DNA from: Anaeromyxobacteraceae bacterium
GTDB taxonomy: Bacteria > Myxococcota > Myxococcia > Myxococcales > Anaeromyxobacteraceae
Assembly: GCA_035702585.1 (NCBI GenBank)
Contig: DASSQI010000002.1
Coordinates: forward strand, 59-64,058
Length of the DNA stretch: 64,000 bases
Direction: 5' to 3'
Shown here: piece after piece, positions 36,981 to 45,319 of the stretch
Layout: every line of letters starts with the position of its first letter
Numbering within the stretch: the first letter of the stretch is position 1
Made by a program: the position numbers and the translations under genes
Notes under the pieces: generated by a model
The model's database searches: none
What the model saw: the letters and a program-made list of their open reading frames with translations, nothing else
What the model was told of the DNA's origin: nothing

Positions 36981-38753
36981 TCATCGCCTGCGGTGAGACG
37001 ACACCTCGGCCCACGTGAGAGCCCCGGGCCTACGCGCGTGGTGCAATCGGTACCGACCGCCGCGCGGCGGCCCTCGTGATGTCGCGGAATCGTCACGGCG
37101 CTCGGGGAGGTCGCCGGGGCTGTCTGCCGTGCGCCGCCCCAGCGGTGGCGCCATGGCCGCATCGACCGTCGGCGGGTGCGGCTGCGCTCGACTACTGCTC
37201 GCCGTCTGATCCTTCTGTAACGGCCGGCTTGCCTCGCCGGCGGCCCTCGCAGGCTGTTCCTTCTGCGACGACGGGCTCGCCTCCACCGCGCGCGCCGCGG
37301 TAGTGAACCGTTTCATCCACTCGAACCCGAACTCCTGCTCCGCCGCGAGCTTGTTATGCGTTCGGCAGAGGACCCGAACGTTGTCGACGGTGGACGGACC
37401 GCCGCGTGCCCTCGGAATCTTGTGGTCGAACTCGAGCTGCTTGCGGGACCCGCAGATGCCGCCCGATGCGAGCGGCCATTGGCAGCATCCCCGGTCGCGT
37501 TTGAACACGTCGCGCTTCACGTGCGCCGGGATGTAGCCGGGCTGCTTCGAGGCGCGCGCCTCGGCGCGCGGGTTGCGCACGAGACCCTTGCGAACGGCGA
37601 GGTGCTCCAGAACGAGGTCGAGCCCCGTCTCGAGGATTCGCGCGAAGTCGGCCGACTCTCGGGAATGCGAGAGCGCGTCGCGCGCCGCCTTCAGCTTGTC
37701 CACGAAGCTCTTCGACACCGTGATGTGGAGCCTGCGCAGCTCGGCGCTCAGCACCTCGAGCATCTCCGCAGCCGACGCGAGCTGCTGGGGCGCGGGAATC
37801 GTCGCGCCGGTCGCCGCCGCCATGCCGGACGCGGCGTCTCCATCGTCGACCGCGGGCATCCATTCGGCGTGCAGCGGCGCGGAACCGGGGACCCCCGGGT
37901 CGCTGCCGGGGAGCTGTGAGGCGCAATGCGAGACCAGCCGGGCGTGACTCGAGGGCTGGGAAGCGCTCGAGGGCTGGGAAGCGACTGCCGAAAGGTGCGC
38001 GGCGGAACCCGAGGGCTGCGGAGCAGAACCCGAGCGCTGCGGAGCTGAACCCGAGAGCGGTGAAGCGAAACCGGAGGCGCTCGTTGCGGAACCCGACAGC
38101 GGCACACCGGCCGCGATACCCGGCAAATTCGTATGTGGCTGATCGGCGCGCCGAGCATCGTCGCGCAGAGGCTCCGGCGAATGGGGCGCGTTCGGACCGG
38201 AACTGCCTGCCCCGGCAACATTGCCTGCCCCGGTGAATCGCCCGATCGGCCTCGCTGCTCCGCCGAGCGTCGCCGTTACGGTCGCCGCGCCCGCGAACGG
38301 GGTGGGATTTTTCGCCGCGACGTTAGGCGTCGCGATCGGCCCGAACACCGCGCGCTGCGGCACGGGCCTGTCCGGCGACAGCTCGGCGACGATCTCCTTC
38401 GCCTCGGTCTTCGACGCACCGTAGAACCGAGGCAGGACGTGCGCGCGGTTCTCGGGCGTGAGGACCTTCGCGAGTTCGACGACGGTCATGATGCACAGGC
38501 GCCCATCGCGGAGCGGCTCGATGATCTCGGGGAACTTGTGCAGGAGCTTCGCCGCGGTCGCGCGGTAGTAGGCCGACCCGCTGGAGAGCCGCAGCTCGCG
38601 GTGGAGGAAGTAGTAGAGGCTCGAGTGGCCGAGCTGCATCCATAAACGGTGCCGATCGAAGTCCACGAGCGCGAGCAGGAACTCTGCCATTGAGTGGTGC
38701 TCCTTGCGGAGCAGAGCTTCGAGCTTGAGGTATTGCTCGCGTGCATTGGACAT
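36981..38753 (-). CDS. HNH endonuclease with DUF222-like N-terminal domain
   Basis: In ORF 36981-38984; start MSNAREQYLKLEALL; HNH core CCQWP...GICGSRKQLEFDHKIPRARGGPSTVDNVRVLCRTHN; repetitive Ser/Gly/Pro linker; long Arg-rich tail of doubtful reality. Confidence 0.85.
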   Translation of the reverse strand: MSNAREQYLKLEALLRKEHHSMAEFLLALVDFDRHRLWMQLGHSSLYYFLHRELRLSSGSAYYRATAAKLLHKFPEIIEPLRDGRLCIMTVVELAKVLTPENRAHVLPRFYGASKTEAKEIVAELSPDRPVPQRAVFGPIATPNVAAKNPTPFAGAATVTATLGGAARPIGRFTGAGNVAGAGSSGPNAPHSPEPLRDDARRADQPHTNLPGIAAGVPLSGSATSASGFASPLSGSAPQRSGSAPQPSGSAAHLSAVASQPSSASQPSSHARLVSHCASQLPGSDPGVPGSAPLHAEWMPAVDDGDAASGMAAATGATIPAPQQLASAAEMLEVLSAELRRLHITVSKSFVDKLKAARDALSHSRESADFARILETGLDLVLEHLAVRKGLVRNPRAEARASKQPGYIPAHVKRDVFKRDRGCCQWPLASGGICGSRKQLEFDHKIPRARGGPSTVDNVRVLCRTHNKLAAEQEFGFEWMKRFTTAARAVEASPSSQKEQPARAAGEASRPLQKDQTASSSRAQPHPPTVDAAMAPPLGRRTADSPGDLPERRDDSATSRGPPRGGRYRLHHARRPGALTWAEVSSHRRR

Positions 38754-38951
38754 GGGCGAAGCATTGCGCTTGCCTCTGACAGAATTATATCGACGAGGTG
38801 GGTCAATTGCGCACCGGGCCGGCGACTCATGCAGATCGGCGCAGGACGTGCATGTCGCAACTTCAACCAGTTGAAGCGCACGGATAGTGAACCTGATGGC
38901 CTGAGTCGCGCGGCAGGACATCGGCTCGCCGTGAGCCTCGCGCGACGCGCG

Positions 38952-39030
38952 TGCACGGGTCGTACACTCCGCGCTCAGCTGCACGGGTCGTACACTCCGC
39001 GCTCCGTCACGGGTTCGTACACCTCCTCGC
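38952..39030. repeat. about 2.8 x 28-bp tandem repeat upstream of the HNH gene
   Basis: tgcacgggtcgtacactccgcgctc(agc/cgt) at 38952 and 38980, degenerate third unit cacgggttcgtacacctcctcgcg. Confidence 0.8.
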
Positions 39031-39070
39031 GAGTGACTTCCGTATGGCCGGCGCGCGGTACGATGCCCGA

Positions 39071-39247
39071 ATGGCGAGGCGCACCTGGGTGATCCTGTTG
39101 ACGCTGGCGACCATCGTCGCCCTGTGCTTCGTCTGCACGCCCGCCGTCCGGGAGTTCATCGCGGTGGACAGGTGCATGGACAGCGGTGGCTGCTGGGTGC
39201 GGAGCCGCCACAGGTGCGAGTACGCCCAGGCCAACTGCAAGCCGTAG
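39071..39247 (+). CDS. possible small Cys-rich membrane protein
   Basis: 58 aa within ORF 38951-39247; MARRTWVILLTLATIVALCFVC then 5 further Cys; no RBS obvious. Confidence 0.35.
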   Translation: MARRTWVILLTLATIVALCFVCTPAVREFIAVDRCMDSGGCWVRSRHRCEYAQANCKP

Positions 39248-39454
39248 GACGCCTCGACGGAGCGAAACCGCTATCCGGTACCCCCCGGCGCGCACCGCGG
39301 GCGTTGCGGGCGCGGAGCGCACGAAGGCTCCATCGCGGTTCTCTTGCGGATGATGCCCGGCGTCGCCCCCCGCGATCCCTCTCGGTAGCGGCCCAGGACG
39401 TCGGCCGGCGAACCGTTCTCGCGCATCTTGGCGTCGCGACCGCGATGATGCGGC

Positions 39455-39652
39455 TCAGTCGTTGCGCGGCATCGAGTTCACCGCGGCCTGTCCGAGATTC
39501 GACCCCGTGTTCACGAGGGCGCCGATTCCTGCCACAGCGCGCTTCAGGTTCGTCGCGGCGCGCTGAAAAACCTCGGCTCCGGCGTAGAACGCGATGCTCG
39601 CCACGATCTCCGCGCTGCTGGAGGAGCGCCTCAGGTACGACTTGATGTCCAT
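39455..39652 (-). CDS. small hypothetical protein downstream of the STAS gene (same strand)
   Basis: 65 aa from internal Met of ORF 39455-39673 (MDIKSYLRRSSSS...), ggggga upstream; no family recognised. Confidence 0.45.
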   Translation of the reverse strand: MDIKSYLRRSSSSAEIVASIAFYAGAEVFQRAATNLKRAVAGIGALVNTGSNLGQAAVNSMPRND

Positions 39653-39716
39653 CTCGGTTCCCCCTTGAAACAAGCTGCAGCGCTGCGGAGCGCGCTCGCG
39701 GGCACGGCGCGCGCCG

Positions 39717-40010
39717 TCACGAGGTCGCGTGGTCGTTCGCAGCCTTCGACAGCAGCTTCAGGATGCGGTGATGCCGCTCGCACAGCCCGCGGAAACGCAG
39801 GTCGAGCGCATCGCCCCGTGCCGCGGGCAGGAGCGCCGCGAGACCTGTCGGCGTGATCTCGCGCGCCTTGCTGAAGTCGATCACGACGTTCGCTGGACCG
39901 AGCTTCGACGGTGGCAGCACGAGCAACAATCGCGCGGCAGCGGCGTCGTCGAAGACACCCTGGACCGAGATCACTGCGTCGCGACCGCTCTGAGTGATTG
40001 CGATGGCCAT
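39717..40010 (-). CDS. STAS-domain anti-sigma-factor antagonist-like protein
   Basis: 97 aa; SpoIIAA-like layout: ISVQGVFD, VVIDFSKAREITPTGLAALL. Confidence 0.8.
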   Translation of the reverse strand: MAIAITQSGRDAVISVQGVFDDAAAARLLLVLPPSKLGPANVVIDFSKAREITPTGLAALLPAARGDALDLRFRGLCERHHRILKLLSKAANDHATS

Positions 40011-40146
40011 CGAACCTCACGTCGAACCGGGAGTTGCCAACGTGAGAACGCAGCGGAGGGGCGGCAACTCGCGACTTGCTCTGCGTCATGCTTGAGCCCT
40101 TCTGGGAGCGATTAGGTTCAGGCGACGCGCTAGCGGTGTTCACCTC

Positions 40147-40230
40147 GACGGCTCGCGACGGCTCGCGACGGCTCCCGGCGGCTCGGGACGGCTCCCGACG
40201 GCTCGCGACGGCTCCCGGCGGCTCGGGACG
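40147..40230. repeat. 8.4 x 10-bp phased tandem array (higher-order 40-bp unit x 2)
   Basis: gacggctcgc gacggctcgc gacggctccc ggcggctcgg gacggctccc gacggctcgc gacggctccc ggcggctcgg gacg; between divergent STAS and kinase genes. Confidence 0.9.
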
Positions 40231-40371
40231 CGCATCCCCGCGGCAAACGTTCGCTGACATCCGACGGCAGGCCGACGAGCATCGGACCCCAGGCCGACCA
40301 GCATCGGACCGCGACCGCGGGTCCCTCGTCCGCCTGCGTGTATGCTGATGATTGAAGATTGACGCTCCGGC

Positions 40372-42120
40372 GTGATTTGGCGCAAGGCAAACGCCTTCAC
40401 CATGGGACCCCCGCGTGTTACGACGGGGTTCGCGCATGACGATCGATTCGCCGTGACGGCAGACAGCATCTACATCGGCGAGACCCATCCCGCGCTGACA
40501 CAGCGTCGCCTCCGCACGTCCGTGCTGCTGGGCATCGCGACGGTGCCGCTCGTGGCCGCAGCGCTGCTCCTCGGTCATCAGATGCACCAGCCGTGGCCTG
40601 CGCGGTACTACCTCGCGGTCCACGTCTCGGCGGAGACGCTGGTCACCGTGGTCGCGTTCGCGACGTTCGCCGTGCAGTGGTACGCCGCAGGGGCACGTCT
40701 CAACGACGCCCGCGCGAGATTCATCGGGTCCGCATTCCTGGCTGTCTCGCTCCTCGAGATCGCCCACACGCTCGCGTTCCCGGGAATGCCTGGGCTGGTC
40801 TGGCTGGACAGCTCGACCGAGAGGGGAATCGTCTACTGGATCTCGGCGCGGCTCTGGACCGTTCTCGCGCTCCTCGCCGCTGCTGCCATCCCTCCGGACA
40901 GCAAGTCGCGAGCGCTTCGCCGCGACGTGCTGCTCGCGTGGACGATCGCTGGTGTCGTGACTGTTCTCGCCGTGGACTACCTGTGGATCTCACGAAGACC
41001 GGTGTTCTTCGTCGAGGGCATCGGTCTCACGCCATTGAAGAAGGGTCTCGAGGCGCTCGTGGCCGCAGCGGCGCTCGTCGGGGCGGCCGTGTACCGGAAG
41101 ATTGCGCGCAAGCGCGGCGACCGCAGCGCTGCCGATCTGTCGGCCGCGCTATGGCTCACCGTCCTGTCGGAGCTCTGCTTCACGCTCTACGCGCGCGCCT
41201 ACGACAGCTTCAATCTCCTCGGGCACGTGTACCTGCTCCTCGCGTCGTACGGCGTCTTTCACGCGCTGTTCTCGGACGCGGTGCTCCGCCCATACGAGCG
41301 CCTCGGCGCGGCGAGCCGCGAGCTGGCGGCGAGCAACGACCAGCTGAAGAGTCTGCAGCGGCACGTCGAGGAAGAGCTTGCCGTCACGATTCGCAACCTC
41401 GAGTCGCTGCAAGTGCAGCGCGAGGATCTGCTGCGAGCGGTCTCACACGACTTGAGAACGCCGCTCCAGATCGTCCTGCTCCAGGCGGAACGGCTGTCGA
41501 GGTGTGGCGGAGACGCAGCGCGGACCGTGAACGCCGCCCAGAGCATCATCGCCGCTGGCCGACAGATGGCGGCGATGATCCAGGATCTCGTCGATTCCGT
41601 TCACCTCGAGAGCGGAACCGTCAAGGTCGCGCCACAGACGCTTTCGCTCCCGGCTTTCGTCGCGGACCTCGTGCATGTCGCGAGGGGGCCACTCGACACG
41701 GGCAGGGTCGTGCTGGAGCTGCCCGAGGACTTGCCGGAAGTCGAAGCGGATCCCACCAGGCTGGCGCGCGTGGTCCAGAATCTGCTCGGGAACGCTCTCA
41801 AGTACTCGGCCCCCGGAACGCCGGTCGCAGTCCGCGCATCCGCGTCGGAAGACGAGATCGCGATCTCCGTTGCGGACCGTGGCGCCGGGATTCCTGCCGA
41901 GCACGTTCCTCACCTGTTCGAGCGGTTCTATCGTGGTGAGCACAGCGGCAAGTCGGATGGGCTCGGGCTCGGGCTCTACATCTCGCGCATGATCGTCGAG
42001 GCCCACGGCGGGCGCATCTGGTGCGAGAGCGAGGCGGGTCGCGGCAGCACGTTCAACTTCACGCTGCCGCTCGCGACTGCCGGCCAGGGCGCACGCGCCG
42101 GCGAAGCTCCGCGCGCCTGA
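40372..42120 (+). CDS. sensor histidine kinase with multi-pass membrane sensor domain (MASE3-like)
   Basis: 582 aa (GTG; alternative ATG at 40402); about 7 hydrophobic helices, then H-box VSHDLRTPL, N-box LLGNALKYS, GLGLGLYISRMIVEAHGG. Confidence 0.85.
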   Translation: MIWRKANAFTMGPPRVTTGFAHDDRFAVTADSIYIGETHPALTQRRLRTSVLLGIATVPLVAAALLLGHQMHQPWPARYYLAVHVSAETLVTVVAFATFAVQWYAAGARLNDARARFIGSAFLAVSLLEIAHTLAFPGMPGLVWLDSSTERGIVYWISARLWTVLALLAAAAIPPDSKSRALRRDVLLAWTIAGVVTVLAVDYLWISRRPVFFVEGIGLTPLKKGLEALVAAAALVGAAVYRKIARKRGDRSAADLSAALWLTVLSELCFTLYARAYDSFNLLGHVYLLLASYGVFHALFSDAVLRPYERLGAASRELAASNDQLKSLQRHVEEELAVTIRNLESLQVQREDLLRAVSHDLRTPLQIVLLQAERLSRCGGDAARTVNAAQSIIAAGRQMAAMIQDLVDSVHLESGTVKVAPQTLSLPAFVADLVHVARGPLDTGRVVLELPEDLPEVEADPTRLARVVQNLLGNALKYSAPGTPVAVRASASEDEIAISVADRGAGIPAEHVPHLFERFYRGEHSGKSDGLGLGLYISRMIVEAHGGRIWCESEAGRGSTFNFTLPLATAGQGARAGEAPRA

Positions 42121-42124
42121 TGTC

Positions 42125-42158
42125 GACGGCAGAAGCTCGCTGACGGCAGAAGCTCGCT
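42125..42158. repeat. 2 x 17-bp tandem repeat 5 nt after the kinase stop
   Basis: gacggcagaagctcgct twice, then partial gacg. Confidence 0.85.
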
Positions 42159-42384
42159 GACGCGCCGGATCAGGCAGAGCCAGCGAGAACCCATTTCCGA
42201 TGCCGCGGCTCGACCGCGCTTTGGGGCGGGCCGAGCAGCTGGCGCCTCACGGGCCTGCCGGCAGCGCGCCGCCCTCCACGCAGGCGAGCGCTCCTGTCTC
42301 GCGTTGGGTCGTGTCCCGTCTTGGCGGGCGCGACCAACGTTTGATCCACAGACGCAGAAGTCCACGGCGTCGCCTGAGGGGCAC

Positions 42385-43725
42385 ATGAGCCGGTTGGGAT
42401 GCGCTGCGCTGGTCTTCGCGCTTGCCTCGTCCTCGTGCGGCGGGAGTGACTCGAAAGGAACGGCTCCGCCGTCGCCGTCGCCGTCGCCGTCGCTCTCGCC
42501 GAGTCCTGGTCCATCGCCATCGCCGAGCCCTACGCTGTCGCCCGCTCCGAGCCCGTCGCCGTCACCGAGCGCGTCACCGACACCGAGCCCGTCACCGACA
42601 CCGAGCCCGTCACCGACTGCGACGCCAGAGAGCCCAGGCTCGACGGTCTGGAGCGTGCTGCTCGACGGGTCGGATCCCGCTGCAACCGTGACGAGGGATG
42701 GACGCGTCGCCGTCCTGAGCCTCGCGCCATCGGGAGCGCCGCGCCTGATGTCTCTGGATCCCGTCAACGGACAGGTCGCGGGCCAGCGGACCTATGGCCC
42801 CAACGAGATTCCGCTCGATCGCGTGACGGCAGACCTCCGGTCGGACGGCGTCATCGCGTCCGGCATCGTCGAGCGCTCGAGCAGCGTCAACATGCGCGAC
42901 ATCGCCCTTCGTCTCGACGGAGCCGGTGCCCCGATTGAAGAACTGTGGCGAGCGCAAGATCTCCACACGAGCCCGGCGAGCGCCGCTGATGGCGCGGTGG
43001 CTTACGGCTCGCAGGCCGCAGGCGTTCCGGACGGGCAGATCGTGCTGCGCCTCCCAGACGGATCGCTCCGCACGTTGCTCGGCGGAATCATCCCGCGGTC
43101 GGTCGCGTTCGCGGGGAACGGCGACGTCGTCGCCGTGTTCGTCGGCGTCGGACTCGTTGCTCCGCCCGAATGGCAGGGCACCTGGCTGGCCCGCTTCGGG
43201 CGCGACGCATCGCTCAAGTGGCGATGCGCGATCCGCGCGACGACGACCGATGCACCCCACCTCGCCGTCGCGACCGACGGGACGATCGTCTTCACTCTTC
43301 GTCCCGCGAACGTCGGCGAGTCCGTGAACGTCACCTGGGGCCAGATTGAAGTGAGCGGCGTGTACTCGCTCGTCGTACTGGCCGCGAGCGGCACCGGTGA
43401 ACCGCGATGGGCGCGGGGCTTCGGCGACGCCACGATCGCGTACTCCGCGGCGATCGATCCTGAGCGCGGCATCGCGCTGGTCGCGGTCGCACCCGCGGGG
43501 ACTTGTCCTGTAATGGCGGTGGAGCTCCTGGCATTCGACGCGAGCCGCCGTTGGCGGCGCGAGTTCGCGTGCGGCGGTGGAACGATTGCCGCCGCGAGCG
43601 CCGTCGCCGGCAGGAACGCGCCAATCTACGTCGCAGGTGTCGTGAGCGGCTCGTTCGACTTCGGGAAGGGCGCCGTGACGGCTGCATCTGGCGGGAGCCC
43701 GTTCGTGGTGAGACTCGTTCCGTAG
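42385..43725 (+). CDS. lipoprotein with long Pro/Ser linker
   Basis: In ORF 42304-43725; start MSRLGCAALVFALASSSC (lipobox); about 50 aa of (S/T)P repeats, then probable beta-rich domain. Confidence 0.75.
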   Translation: MSRLGCAALVFALASSSCGGSDSKGTAPPSPSPSPSLSPSPGPSPSPSPTLSPAPSPSPSPSASPTPSPSPTPSPSPTATPESPGSTVWSVLLDGSDPAATVTRDGRVAVLSLAPSGAPRLMSLDPVNGQVAGQRTYGPNEIPLDRVTADLRSDGVIASGIVERSSSVNMRDIALRLDGAGAPIEELWRAQDLHTSPASAADGAVAYGSQAAGVPDGQIVLRLPDGSLRTLLGGIIPRSVAFAGNGDVVAVFVGVGLVAPPEWQGTWLARFGRDASLKWRCAIRATTTDAPHLAVATDGTIVFTLRPANVGESVNVTWGQIEVSGVYSLVVLAASGTGEPRWARGFGDATIAYSAAIDPERGIALVAVAPAGTCPVMAVELLAFDASRRWRREFACGGGTIAAASAVAGRNAPIYVAGVVSGSFDFGKGAVTAASGGSPFVVRLVP

Positions 43726-43812
43726 ACGTCCGCGACGAGCACGCGACACCCCTTCGGTCCCGAGCCGCAGAAGGCGGGAACGGCAAGAGATTCGCATCGG
43801 GAGATCGGCACC

Positions 43813-44286
43813 ATGAGATGGATTGCGCTTGCGGCGGCTGCCATCGCGGTGCTCGGTTGCGGGAGCGATTCGTCGGACAGGGCGCCTTCTGGGCAGCAGC
43901 AAACGACGGCTCAGCTGTGCGCCGCGATCGCCGTCCACTACAGGGCCGCGTTGGACAGAGCGGTCGTCTGCGATCCCGCCGCGACCGGCGCCTGCATCGC
44001 TGGAGGGCCCTCGTTCGACACGGCCGTGCCCGTGCCTGCATCGGGGCCGAGCGGAATGACCGACGCGCTCTGCTTCTGCCCGCCGGGACCGGCGGTCACT
44101 CCCGCTGGCAAGGCGACCCTCGATCCGATCATCGGACGGTACAAGGCGGCGGGCTGCTCGATCGCGTGCCCGTGTCCCACGCAGGCCCCGGGGACCGTCA
44201 TCGTGCCCGTCTGTACGCCCTCTGCGGCTGGAGCGGGGCAATGCACGTTGCAGTACCGCGCTGCTGACGGTAGCAATCTTCGTTGA
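43813..44286 (+). CDS. Cys-rich lipoprotein, hypothetical
   Basis: 157 aa; MRWIALAAAAIAVLGC lipobox; 10 further Cys. Confidence 0.7.
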   Translation: MRWIALAAAAIAVLGCGSDSSDRAPSGQQQTTAQLCAAIAVHYRAALDRAVVCDPAATGACIAGGPSFDTAVPVPASGPSGMTDALCFCPPGPAVTPAGKATLDPIIGRYKAAGCSIACPCPTQAPGTVIVPVCTPSAAGAGQCTLQYRAADGSNLR

Positions 44287-44448
44287 GCGGCGTCGGAAAT
44301 TCGAGGTGCGCCGTCCGGTTTTCGATGCGCGCCGACGTGCGACGCGAGATCGGACGCGCGGTTAGCGGTGGCATGCGCGATGCTGGGTCTCGTGCTCATC
44401 GACGCGGTCGAGGAGCCAAGCCGCCGCAACGCCGACGCGTGAGGGACG

Positions 44449-44940
44449 ATGAGCTCGAGGGTCTTGGCGTTTGCGGTTCTCGCGATGGTCGCCTGCGGGA
44501 GCAGCCACGGGGGATTACCGCCGGTTTCGGATCTGGGCTCGAGACACATCGTCGTCCCGCCGACGCCCGCGTATTCAGGGGGGTGCAAGGTCTCGGAGAT
44601 GCAAAGGGTGGTCGCAACCGAGGCCGACTGGCAGCAGACCTGGGCGGAGCTGTTCGCCTGTCAGTCGCCGGCACCTCCTGTCCCGCCTATCGACTTCACG
44701 CACGAGATGCTGGTCCTCGCAGCGGTCGGAGCGCGCGGCAGCAGCGGGTACTCCGTAGCGATCGAGGGCGCAGCGGTCCGCAGCGACGGTGCGCTGCACG
44801 TGAACGTCGTCGAATACCGACCTGGGCGCGGGTGCGCGGTCGCGACGGTGATCACGTATCCGGTCGCAGTGGCGCGGGTTTCCCGTGTCGACGTCCCAGT
44901 GGCCTTTCACGATCGCGTGCAGACGCTGGACTGCGAATGA
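44449..44940 (+). CDS. PrcB-like (protease complex subunit PrcB C-terminal domain) lipoprotein
   Basis: 163 aa; RBS gaggga; lipobox LAMVAC; WQQTWAELF...PPIDFTHEMLVLAAVGARGSSGYSVAIEG pattern recalled from PrcB_C family. Confidence 0.65.
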   Translation: MSSRVLAFAVLAMVACGSSHGGLPPVSDLGSRHIVVPPTPAYSGGCKVSEMQRVVATEADWQQTWAELFACQSPAPPVPPIDFTHEMLVLAAVGARGSSGYSVAIEGAAVRSDGALHVNVVEYRPGRGCAVATVITYPVAVARVSRVDVPVAFHDRVQTLDCE

Positions 44941-44996
44941 ACACCGTTGCGCGGAAGGGGCGCGAACGACGTCGTCCTGGGCATGGGGGGTGCGCC

Positions 44997-45270
44997 GTGA
45001 ACAAGTCGATGCTCGGACTCGCCGTCGCCGTGTTGATCGCGTGTTCAGGGGCGGGGAGCGATGACACGCCGCGCGCGGAGGCGGACGCGATATCTCAGCC
45101 AACGGGGTTCGTCGGAGCGCGGGACGGGTACGCTCGATCCCGACGGCGTCCTGCACGTGAGGCTCTTCTCGACCTGGACGTGCGGAGGAATCACGACCGC
45201 ACGGCAGGCCATCTTCACGATGAGCCGCGTGCCCGCGCTGGCGGCTCACGAAAGCTCGTGGCTGCTGTAG
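44997..45270 (+). pseudogene. lipoprotein gene split over two frames (frameshift or sequencing error)
   Basis: Signal/lipobox VNKSMLGLAVAVLIACSGAGS in frame of ORF 44283-45281; protein-like, G/C3-rich continuation TGTLDPDGVLHVRLFSTWTCGG...SSWLL in ORF 45061-45270 frame. Confidence 0.45.
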
Positions 45271-45319
45271 CAGTGACCTGACCGTACCGTGGACGGCCCG
45301 GGCCTCGCGTGGATCCCGG

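Noticed and set aside
38784-38806. TATAAT (minus strand, 38784-38789) and TTGACC (38801-38806) as a promoter for the HNH gene
   Set aside because: The spacer between the two hexamers is only 11 nt, so they cannot act together as a standard sigma70 promoter. The TATAAT alone may still be a -10 element, but that is unsupported.
39271-39426. Sub-threshold 51-codon minus-strand ORF (MRENGSPADVLGRYREGSRGATPGIIRKRTAMEP...) faintly reminiscent of an AraC-type regulator C-terminus
   Set aside because: It is too short, the resemblance is weak and from memory only, no RBS is evident and there is no upstream DNA-binding half. At best it is a decayed fragment.
42466-42625. Highly repetitive (tcgccg/agcccg)n stretch as a non-coding microsatellite
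   Set aside because: It is in frame inside the lipoprotein gene and encodes a Ser/Thr-Pro linker directly after the lipobox, a common feature of surface lipoproteins.
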